The notes under the pieces are model-generated. The model had not been told where the DNA came from and ran no database searches. It saw only the letters and a program-made list of their open reading frames with translations. A stretch of 64,000 nucleotides of DNA from Vitrella brassicaformis CCMP3155. Lineage: Eukaryota; Protista; Chromerida. The position numbers and the translations under genes are program-made. Below are positions 12,098 to 22,534 of this stretch, piece after piece. Where the stretch lies: positions 1-64,000 of the forward strand of contig CDMY01000027.1 in NCBI GenBank assembly GCA_001179505.1. The letters run 5' to 3'. Each line of letters begins with the position of its first letter. Positions within the stretch are counted from its first letter, which is position 1.

Positions 12098-14074
12098 ATG
12101 GCGAAAAGCAGCGTCCAGTTGCGGGTGTACGACCTCAGCCAGGGCATGTAAGCCGCACATGAGAGAAAAGCGCCGCCTCGTAATCTCAAAACCACGATGT
12201 TCGCGCGTGTTGATTTTTGTGTTCCTCCCCAGGGCTCGTCAGATGTCGCTGCCGCTGCTGGGGATGCAGATTGACTACCTCCCTCACACAGGCTTGCATG
12301 TGTTCGGCAGGGAGTACTTCTTCGGTCAGTCTGACGCAGCAACGAACACGCATCGATGACGGAAACGCGGGATGGCATCGTTGCCGTGTGTTGTGCTGCG
12401 ACTGGATGCAGGTGGGGGGATCCAGGTGCTGACGCCCAGTGAGGTCGAGTCGACCTATGGCATGCGGCCCGTGGAGATCATCCCACTGGGCGACACGGAA
12501 GTGGCCGAGGAGGCCTTCCACGCGTAAGCACCAGAGCCAGCAGGAAGCAGCGAAGCGTACAGTGTGGCTATCTATCGCTTCTGATGGATTGGCTCATCAG
12601 GTACCTCCACGAGACCGCTCACATGTGGACGGAGAACACATACAGTGAGCACGCGACACACACTCACACAGAGAGAGAAGTCATCACCGTCTGCACTTTT
12701 TCGTCCCTCTGCTCAGACCTCCTGTCGCGCAACTGCAACAACTTCACCGACGAGGTACGGGCATGTTGCGAACGAAGTACTCACTGCGCCGCGGTGTGGT
12801 CACTGTGGTGTTTGTTCTCAGGCGGCCAAGTTCCTGCTGGGCAAGGGCATCCCCGAGCACATTGTCAACCTCCCTCAGCGCGTGTCGTCCACGCCCCTGG
12901 GCGCCATGATCGCAAGTGTGATGGGTGGCATGCAGCAGAGTATGCAGCAGCACCTCCACGACGCAAACCAGCAGTCAATCTGGACCGCCGGGCCAACCGG
13001 ACCCAGTATCCCGGCGGCCATGAGCGACCCCCCTCTGAGCCACGCAGGGGGTGACGAGCCGATCGACCACGCCATCGCGGTCATGATGGTGGCCGTGGAT
13101 GCGTCAGAGGACACCGGTGGCAAGAAGGCCAAGGCCAGGGCGACCGAGGCGCTCAGGATCCTCCTGAACCTGGCGGCCAACATCAGCAAGCACCCGGACG
13201 AGGCCAAGTACAGGACCGTCAAGAAGGACAACAAGAAGATGCAGACCAGCCTGCTCAACATCGACGGGGCGGCCGACGCCATGGCAGCCATCGGGTTCGA
13301 GGAGGCCACAAACGAAGAAGGGGAGGGGGTCTGGCGGTTCAATGATGAGAAGACGGGTGGCCTTGCGGCCGTTGAGGGCCGCATCAAGGCTCATCTGGAC
13401 CACGTTGAGGCGCTACGACCTGTCCCTGCGGCGGCCCCCGCTGCACCAGTGGTGGCTCCACCTGCCCCTCGTGCTGCAGTAACGGCTGGTGCTTCCACTG
13501 GCGGTGACGACCTGGCGGCATATGCCGAGAGCCTGCGCAACGACCCTGCAGCGATGGAGCAGTTCATGAACGATCCTGCGGTACGTTTGGCTGCCATACT
13601 TTCCTTTCCTCTCATCTGTGTGTGGATGTGGGTGTCTCTGTGCTTGATATTGACCCAGGTTCGTGCGGCGGCTGCGACCAATCCAGCGTTGGCGGCCATG
13701 CTGCAGAACCCCGCTACCCTCAGAGACCAGCTGGGCAACGTCCAGACCGGCACTCAGCAGCAGCAGCAGCAGCAGCAAACCAACCCAGGTGAGATTGCGA
13801 ACCGATACGAAATGCATCATGCGCATCTGTGCTGTTGCCCATCCGTGTGTGTATGTGGTACAGTGTTGACTTACGACCATCAGTTGAAGCAGCTCGAGGC
13901 GATGGGATTCAGCGACAGGGAATCCAACCTCAGGTACACGGCACACGGCCGCTGGACACTTGCAAGTGGCCTCACTCGACTCGAGGTGTGGTGCTTCCTG
14001 TGTGCAGGGCGTTGCAGTCTGTGGGGGGCAATGTCAACGCTGCGTTGGACCGGCTGCTCGCGGGCGGGGGCTAG
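12098..14074 (+). CDS. PPPDE/DeSI-family peptidase with PUB, STI1-like and C-terminal UBA domains
   Basis: Phase-consistent exons give VQLRVYDLSQGMARQMS..PHTGLHVFGREYFFGGGIQ..YNLLSRNCNNFTDE (catalytic His and Cys of PPPDE), ILLNLAANISKHPDEAKYRTVKKDNK..AIGF (PUB), NDPAAMEQFMNDPAVRAAAATNPALAAMLQNP (STI1-like) and [35 protein letters not shown] (UBA). Confidence 0.9.
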
Positions 14075-14235
14075 TCGTGAGCAAGCGCGTGTCTGAGCGA
14101 GCACGTGTCGGGTGAGGGAGGTGCAAAGGGTCGGCTTGGTTAGAGGCTGAAGAGTGTGGGTGTGCAGTCATGACTGGATGACCGTGACACGCGTGTACAT
14201 GTGTTTGTGTGTGCTTTGTCCATGTGATATCATTG

Positions 14236-15663
14236 ATGTCACACCAACAATCAACCATTCATTCATTCACGTGGGTAAGGCAAAGAGTGTCTGCACAACA
14301 ACACATCAGTCAGCATCATGTAGACCAGGACCGTTCATGGCTGCAACAACGATGCTGGCGCATACGGCAAAGGCACTCATCCCATAAAGGTAAGTCATGC
14401 ACACATCCAAACAGGTGTGTGTCATCATTGGCTGCCTCGTCTGTGTGTGTGTGTGTGTGTGACAGTTACTCACGCAGTGCTCCGTGAGGGGCAAATTTGA
14501 TCTGACAGACTATCGCGAAGTCCAGCAATTCATCCAAGAACAAACAGGCGCTAAGGATCCACAAGGAAAGGAAGGCACACTGGGAGAGAGGCAGGAAGGG
14601 AGGCAGAGAGGGAGGCCGGCCTGTCTGACCGGTGGATGGCTGCGCATCTGTCTGTATGTCTGTGTGTTGATGTCGTGCAGCGATGATCCGTCTCATGAAG
14701 GCAACGATGGGCTGGGCGGCGCCTCAGATGTTCCCTGCGCCGCCGGTCCTTCCCCAGCCGCTTCTCGAAGAACTCTCGGATATCGTGCGTCCCTATTCGG
14801 GCCACATCCCCCAGCCAAACAGGTATGCGACGCACTCAGCCTGCCGGGAGGCAGAAAGGCATGCAAGGAGACCAGGAGGGGGGCATGTCTGTCTGGCTGA
14901 CTGTCTGTGTGTGTGCCTCGGAATGTGTGTGTATATGCGCGTCTGATTGTGTGTTGTTTCAGATAGAATAGACCATTTTCTCGCGCGGTATCGATTCGTC
15001 GACAAATTCTGGACTCCTGCCCGTCTCACGCGCGTCTTGGACATCATAATGATACACACCGAGCACCCCCTCAACTACCCCATCTCTATCGTATACACTG
15101 GCGCTGTTGGTCAACACCAGTTCGGGTCTCTGCACATCGACAAGTCGGCCGGCATTGTGCCGACAGGACGTCTGCCGGACGGGTGGTCGGCAGAGGACCT
15201 CAAGTACGTCATTCCCGACAGGCCGAGGACTTTGCCTCCCAAGCACGCCGGCCCCAAAACGGCCCAGGCCATCAAGGAATCACTGCACGAGGCGCGCGTG
15301 AGAGGTAGACAAACACAAATTCGGATGGGTCATTGCATCCGTGTCTGTCTGTCTCTCTGTGTGTGTGTGTGTCTGTAGCTAGCAAGAAGGCGAACAATCA
15401 GTCTGCTGGTGGGTGCCGGCAGAGGGCACGAGTCGGGTGGGTCATTGCATCTGTCTGTGTGTGTGTGTGTGTGTGTATCTGTAGCTGGCAAGATATCAGG
15501 CAAGACGAAATTTGAGAAGAGCGTCGCGAGAGGAGGGCAGACATGGAAATGCCCACACTGTGGCGAGACGAAAGCGTGTGTCTCATCCGGACGTGAGGCA
15601 GGCTGGACAAGGGCAAGGCGCAACCACAAGCGAATTTGTAAAGAGTGGCCTCCAGAGGAATAG
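14236..15663 (+). CDS. Hypothetical protein with a C-terminal CxxC...HxxxC zinc-binding motif
   Basis: GT-AG exons splice in frame (TRTVHGCNNDAGAYGKGTHPIK|LLTQCSVRGKFDL..|AMIRLMKATMGWAAPQ..|DRIDHFLARYRF..) and end WKCPHCGETK...RNHKRICKEWPPEE* at 15663. Start codon uncertain. Confidence 0.55.
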
Positions 15664-16011
15664 TCAGGATATATGCAGACACAGATGGATGACAGATGGA
15701 CAAGAGGGGACTGCTTTCTCCCCTCTCCCTTCAGCAACCGAATTCCCTCTCGCTAAGCCGAGCTAAGCTAAGCCCCTCCCCTCCCTCTCCCTCACCGTTG
15801 CACGCATTCACGGGCCCGCTCGCTCACTCGTTGGCTTAAGCGAAAAGGCCATCTACACACGCCCACGGTCAATCAGTCACGAAAGCAATGGATGGATGGA
15901 TGGACCTACACTCGAGCATGTAGCAGCTCCCTGTACACATACAATCAATCTCCCTGACTAATCAGTCCCCAGCCACCCACCTGTCTGTCTGTCTGTCTGT
16001 CTGCCATCGCA

Positions 16012-18276
16012 TCACTCTGTGTGGACGTGCTGCCCCCGCTCCCCAACTGCTGTGTGTGGCGACTGCTCCTCGGCGCAAGAAGACACGCCGCCCGGCAGAG
16101 TGGTGGGGGTGCTGTCGTCCGTGTGGCTGCTCCGCCCACGCACCGAACGGCCGCCCACCTGCAGATATTTCAACCGAGCTGGGTTGTTCTGCTCGCCCCC
16201 GCCCCCTGCAGCATCGTCTTGCTCCACCGGCTGGCTGGAGTTGCGACCCCATGGAAACATGATGGGCAGAGAGAACAACCGCGTGACGCCTGACACCAAC
16301 CACATACACACGATCCATTCCCCCGTCCATCAAACCTTTTGTTTCTGTGTCAGTGGCTGTCTGTACCCATTTGTAGTGCGCCGGTTCGTGTGGCCTGTGA
16401 CTGTGGCGAGGCCTCGTCGTTGGAGTGAGTGGGCGTGGGCGACCCCGACGCAATGCAGTGGGTGTCGTCGGGCGGTGAGGGGAACGGCGAGGCGGAGGGG
16501 AGGGGGCACGGCAGCCGGCTTACAGGGCTTGGCTCCGCGGAACGGTCGGCCACGTCGACCACCAGCAGAGTGCGTGTGGCATCGGTCGCCCCCAGCCGGC
16601 CCAGCGATAGGTTGGTGCGGATGAAGGTAAAGCAACTGCGTGGGAAAGGCACGATATTCAATGGCTGGTTGCCAGGGGGGGGGGGGGGGGNNNNNNNNNN
16701 NNNNNNNNNNNNNNNNNNNNNNNNNNNNNNNNNNNNNNNNNNNNNNNNNNNNNNNNNNNNNNNNNNNNNNNNNNNNNNNNNNNNNNNNNNNNNNNNNNNN
16801 NNNNNNNNNNNNNNNNNNNNNNNNNNNNNNNNNNNNNNNNNNNNNNNNNNNNNNNNNNNNNNNNNNNNNNNNNNNNNNNNNNNNNNNNNNNNNNNNNNNN
16901 NNNNNNNNNNNNNNNNNNNNNNNNNNNNNNNNNNNNNNNNNNNNNNNNNNNNNNNNNNNNNNNNNNNNNNNNNNNNNNNNNNNNNNNNNNGGGGGGGGGG
17001 GGGGGGGTGCTTGTGTGTTGGTGTGTACCATATGAGTCCGTCAAGCGCCTGGAGTGCTGCAGCGGCCCACACGAGGTAGAGGAGGCTGTCGTAGAAGCCG
17101 TCGCTGATGCACACGTAGTCGCGGCTGAGCGCCTGAATCGCACACACACACACACACAGAGACAGGTGGGGTGAGCGATAGCCACATAGAAAACTCCTGT
17201 GTCTTCCTTCATGCGTCAGTCAGTCACCTCTTTGCCGGTGGGTTGGCCTATCCTCCCGAACGCGTTGCAGAGGTCCTTGATCAGATCGCTAAGCATCCCG
17301 CCCATCAAAGCGAAGCCACACGAACCCTGGCACACGCGACAAACCACACGACACAGACAAACACGCATCACCACATGGCATGGCGCGGCTGATGTCCCTC
17401 CCTCCTACAACCATATATTCTCACTCACCGCCGCGGCGACAAACGCCGAGAATGAGTGCCACAGCATGCAGCATCTTGACCGCCTCCGTTCCCTCGAGTG
17501 CATGCCCACCCCTCCCATGTGGCCGCTCAGCTCATGGGCCGTGCGGCAGCCCCAGGGAACCACCGCCAGGCACGCCGGAACTAACGCAAACGCCTGCAGC
17601 CAGGCCAGGGGCACAACACGGGCGGAGTAGATGCCATTCTCTGCCTGGCCGGCCAGCTGGCTGGCTGGCTGGATGGGCGTTTGTCTGGTCACTCTCGCTC
17701 ACCGCGGGACCGAGTGCGGATAGTGAAATGAGCAGGAAGGTGTTTTGGGCCACCTTGATCTCCTCCACACGCAGCACCTCCACACCCGGCAGCGTTTCTG
17801 AATCGCACACACAGACAGACAGACAGACAGCAGTGACGCCCAAGATGATGACAGCTGCCACGCCTTGCCTATCGCTTCGGTCGGTCGGTCGGTCGGTCGG
17901 TCGGCTTACGTTTCTTGCCATACAGTGCGAGAGCCATTGAGAGGAGCACCGCCACGGTGGTCCACTGCAGCACGGCCATGACCTCCGCCACACCCATCCG
18001 CCGAACCCACTCAAACAGCGACGCCAGCCGACACGTCAGGTGCCACTCCTGACCACCGGGGGACAATGTGGCCGTCCTTATCGCTGCCGGAGTATCGGCT
18101 GCCGCCCTGTGGGAGTGTGTGTGATCTGCTCTTGCGAGCAGCAGGCGTGAAGGGGAGAGGCCATCTGGGGCAGGCCGCAGGGATGCCGCGTCGGGGGAGG
18201 GCGGGGGGTCGGCGCTCACTGCTGCTGCTGAACTTGAAGCGACAGATCCTCTGCCAGAGCGCTGTGCTGTCAGCAT
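16012..18276 (-). CDS. Hypothetical multi-pass membrane protein, interrupted by an assembly gap
   Basis: Hydrophobic exons with GT-AG ends: VMAVLQWTTVAVLLSMALALYGKK, GVAAVIILGVTA, NTFLLISLSALGPA, LAWLQAFALVPACLAVVPW, SLLYLVWAAAALQALDGLIW. Low-complexity C-terminus. Confidence 0.5.
16691..16990. other. Assembly gap (300 N) flanked on both sides by poly-G runs
   Basis: N run seen directly; G homopolymers at ~16675-16690 and 16991-17007. Confidence 0.99.
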
Positions 18277-18383
18277 GGAGTCGACGCCTCTTCTCTCAAG
18301 GCACAATTCGCAGAACCAGCACAGGCGCCGATGTGTGTATTGGCGTAACTCTACCCCTGGACTGTCTTCGGATTCGGGTGGAC

Positions 18384-18404
18384 AAACCCCAAACCCTAAA
18401 CCCT
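18384..18404. repeat. Interstitial telomere-like (AAACCCT)n / telo-box-like tract
   Basis: AAACCCC AAACCCT AAACCCT lies between two divergent gene starts (18276 minus, ~18594 plus). Confidence 0.6.
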
Positions 18405-18593
18405 GCAGTCGCAAGGCCTCTGCGGTTTTCACGTGTTTAAGGGCCTCGCCACACGTCGACGAGTCAAAACAACCTGCAGATACACCTGGCTTCGATTCAA
18501 GTGAGCTCTGCACTTGACTCATGCACTGTATGGGTTCGGCTACACGTTCGTTCCGCGTGTTGGTGTGTGCCTGTGTGCCTGCAGCGTGCGCCG

Positions 18594-19262
18594 ATGAGTC
18601 AGGAGGACGCAGAGAGTGAGCCGTTTGGGCGGGAGACCGACGACGTCCGGGAGGGCCTCCTCTCGGCAGATGGAGCATCGTTTGAAATGACCTCTTGCGC
18701 CTGCAGCCACTCATTTCTACACCCAGCTGGATGGTCTACATCGACATGCCACTCGGTCGGATGACGGCCGCCCGCAGAAAGTCTCTGGCGCGCCGCCTCT
18801 GTTGTTCGATTGCGGCTTCGACGACCACGCCGGATGAGCACGGAATGCGGCCGCCCTGCTGGGCAGGATGATCTGCGGCAAAGACAGCGGCCATGGCAAC
18901 GTCATGCAGAGGTGGGGTCAGCCGTCGCTCAGGGGTCGGCGCAGCACTTTCTCAGCAGCGTGCTGACCGCTCTGCCGCTGAACATCGACATGATCTGCCG
19001 CGCGGCTATCGAGACGCTCAAGTGCGGCAAGGAAATCGGCAACACGCGGGACTTCGACGAGCACGTGCTGGCCAGCCACCGAGAGCTCCTGGGTCAGATC
19101 GAAGCGGCAGCAGCATGCAGGTAAGCTGGATAAGTAGGGCAAAGCTGGCAGACAGAGAGGCGGTTGGATGACGATTCCTGCTTTCCTTGGCTCGTCTGTG
19201 TGTGTGCTTGTTGGCTCAGCGATACGTCTAACAGAACGATGAGGCGCATGCTGGAGATATGA
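18594..19262 (+). CDS. Possible small hypothetical protein
   Basis: Coding-like frame (..QHFLSSVLTALPLNIDMICRAAIETLKCGKEIGNTRDFDEHVLASHRELLGQIE) with a GTAAGC donor at ~19121 and a terminal exon ending MRRMLEI*. The 5' structure is unresolved. Confidence 0.35.
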
Positions 19263-19551
19263 GCTGAAGACAATAAGGGTCGTGTCTATGAGGGGGTCAT
19301 CTCGTGATGACTTTGTATGTCGACGGGCTGGTGTGTATTTGTTGTTTGTAACGACTCAGTCGACTGTATGTGAGTGCCACAATACCGTCAACATTGTAGA
19401 TACATCCAATCGTCCTTGAATCAACAAAACCGCGAGAGTCAAACCCGCTCAACAAACGCATCCATTACCCACACACGCGAGCACTGGCCTGGCCCAGCTT
19501 CACCTGCAGACAACACCCTCCACCCTTCCCCCTCCCCTCTCTCTCTCTGCC

Positions 19552-20790
19552 TCAAGCCATCTGTTCCTGCGAGTTGTCCTGCAGCCCTTTGTATGCTGCA
19601 TCCATCGCCTCCTTGCACACCTCTCGCGCATACCCCACGCTGCTGCTCACCGACCGGTGCGTGTCAGGGGCAGCGCCGTTGCCCTCGCCGCCCGATTGCG
19701 TCACGTCCTTGAGGTTGCTCAGGTTGCTCTCGACGATGCGGTCAACCAGCCCAAAGGCAAACGAACCGCGAGAGACACGGTGCTGGTCGCTGCCAGAGTT
19801 GGCCGTGGAGATGACTCTCTCCTGTATCTCCTCCATGGCGCCGTCCTCGGTGGCCGTGGCCTCCTTTGCCTCGGCTGATGGGGACTCCGGCTCCTCAGCT
19901 TTCGCCTCTTCTCGGACAGGCTGTGGTGGCGCGGTCTCGGTGGGAGGGGCCTCGCCGGCCTCAGGCGGTTTCTTGGTTTTCTTTACGCGCTTTGGTCTTG
20001 TTACTTCCACCTTCTCGACGGGCCTCAGCATCGAGCGTGCCAGCTCGACACGCATCTCCTTCTTGGCGCCAATGCCGATACGTGCCTGTCAGCAAGTTGA
20101 ATACACACAAGCAAAGGGTCTGGTGAATGCGAATGTCCCTTTGACGAGAGAGTACCTCGACTTCGAACGATGAGTGGTCAGCCCGAAGGCGCCTCAATCT
20201 GCTGTGGAAGCTTCGGATGCTGTCAGTCCGCATGTAAGACCACTCAAGAGACTCTGGATGGGGTCCAGCAGCTGCAGCCTCCTCTGCTCTGTTGGCCGGC
20301 TGAGAGGTGTTCCGCGGCTGCATTGTGGGAATGGGGATGACCGGCTGTGGCTGGCTGTCCTTGCCCCTCCGCCGGTGCTGGAGTATGGTGGGCAGAATAT
20401 CCTGCTCGGCAGCGGCATGTGTGGCGGGGATGGGGGGGAGAGGAAGTGGGGGCAGCGATGCGGACGGCATTGAGCCAGCAAGGATGACGTGGACGGCTGA
20501 GCAAGGAGGCCTACAGCTTCCCCAAACACTCCGAGACTGCTCTGGAGATGGGGGCCGTGGGGGTCGTGATGCGAGCTTGATGGTGATTTTGAACCTTTTT
20601 CGTCCGTCAGAGCGCAAGCATGTGCCACCGGAGTCCTCTTCGGCATGCATATCGCTGTCGTTTGTCTTTCGCGCGCATACAGAACGACCCGACTCATCCC
20701 TGTGAACACAGCCCCCCCACTGCTCCCTCTGAAGGTCAGTTGCCCGTGCCGCACCGCACTCACCGAGAAGACAGCCACACCCATGCATGC
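19552..20790 (-). CDS. Hypothetical charged/low-complexity protein (3' exons; 5' end unresolved)
   Basis: Last exon after a CAG acceptor reads ARIGIGAKKEMRVELARSMLRPVEKVE...QDNSQEQMA*. The upstream exon ends ..SFHSRLRRLRADHSSFEVE|GT. Confidence 0.5.
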
Positions 20791-21220
20791 AGACACTTAT
20801 CCATTCATCCATCCATCCCATCCCATCCCGTTACGCACGGTAACCCAGACAGACAGGCAGCCAGTCGGGCCATACTCAAATGCACTCCACATCACGTTCA
20901 CGGACACACAGAGAGAGGGGGTGGTCATGAATTCATGCAGTAGACAATGCACGTGCACGAGCTCGAGTCAGTACACACATGTACACGCACAGACACACAT
21001 GGTACACATTCATTACGCATCAGTGTTACGCACGGACAGATGGTTTTCTCTGACTCTCTCTCTCTCTCTCTGTGTGTGTGCATGCAGATGCCAGATGGAT
21101 GGAATTGTGTTGGTGTGCTCAGGTGTCAGGTTTGCAGCAAGCACGAGGAGAGCAGGAAAACCTTCGTTTGACTTCGGCTGCAACACAAACGATGTCATTA
21201 AGCATACATCAGGCAAGCAC

Positions 21221-22100
21221 ACACGCACAGAGTGAGTCGTCAGTCACACTCTCACACACTCACTCACACTCACTCACACGCACACACACTCACAGGCACA
21301 CTCACAGGCACACTCACAGGCACGCGGACTCCGTCCGTCAAAACACCCAGCCTTGACGGCTCTGCGGGCAAGCAGGCAGAGGCAGGAAGGCAGGGTCCAT
21401 TAATCAATCAGCCGTCAGAGGGAGTGAGTGACTGACGCGCTTATCCACCACGCATGACGCTGCATGAGCAGACAGACAGACAGACAGACATTCACGCAGG
21501 CATCATTACTCATTAAAGGAGGGAGAAAGGAACAAACGATTCCGAAAAACGCCTTCGGTGAGTTAGTGGGAAGGCAGACTCCACCCAACACTTGCAAGTG
21601 CTGGCTGCACTGCCTCTCACTCACTCACTCACTTAATCACCTTTGTCTCTCTCTCTCTCTCTCTCTTTTCTCTCTCTGTGTGTGTGTGTGTGTGTGTGTC
21701 CTGCCTTTTCAGACAATGGGTCTCACACACGACGAGCGACCTTCAGCAGACAGACCTGTTACGCACCCGGACCGCCCACCCCGTCCCAGACATGCAAACA
21801 CGCATTACGCATCGAGCCGGTCTGCCCTGTAGCAAAATTCACTTCACTTGGACAAGTGAGCAAGACAGACAGACAGCCAGAAAACCTGTAGAGAGACGGG
21901 CAAATGTATGCATACCTTTGCTGCATATATATGGATACGTATATATATGTATACGATACACGCATACACATACACATACACATACACATGCACACGTACA
22001 CACGTACACGCGTGATATGGTGTATATACTTATGCACACAGGCATCCACACAAAGCATCCACGCACCCACCGCTCTCTCTCTCCCCCTGTCCATCTCTAT
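21221..22100. repeat. Low-complexity intergenic tract: (CA)n, (CT)n, (GT)n, (TA)n and short CACTCACAGG repeats
   Basis: Seen directly in the sequence. Confidence 0.85.
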
Positions 22101-22117
22101 TGCATGCAGGTATGCAT

Positions 22118-22150
22118 CTTGCAGGGTCCAGTGTCATCGGACCCTGCAAG
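22118..22150. other. Perfect 12-bp inverted repeat with a 9-nt loop
   Basis: CTTGCAGGGTCC-agtgtcatc-GGACCCTGCAAG. Confidence 0.9.
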
Positions 22151-22534
22151 CATTAGCCAGGGCACTTCTCCCGGTCCTCCTCCCCCCCCCCGTCGTCCCG
22201 TCTCTTCATGTATCACAGAATCACAGAAGGCCAATCGACGACATCGACACAGGTACGCGGCCAGGGCCAAGCTCCCTACGGCGATATGGTACACAAATAC
22301 GAAACTCGACACGCGCTCTATCATTCCTCTTTCTCTCCTTCATGCTTCCACGTCTCGCTCCCTCCCTCCCACTCACCCACCCACCCACCCAGCAGCCAAC
22401 CAAAAATCCGCCCTTGAAAGTGCGTGCACCCATCCCCTCCATTTGTGTATGTATGTATGTATGAATTGTGTACGTACCTATTGTATGTATGTGTACGCAT
22501 GTATCCACCTGTGTGTGTGTGTGTGTGTGTGCGG

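Noticed and set aside
16330-17212. Long ORFs spanning the N gaps (also 39489-40098)
   Set aside because: They are artefacts of translating through N runs.
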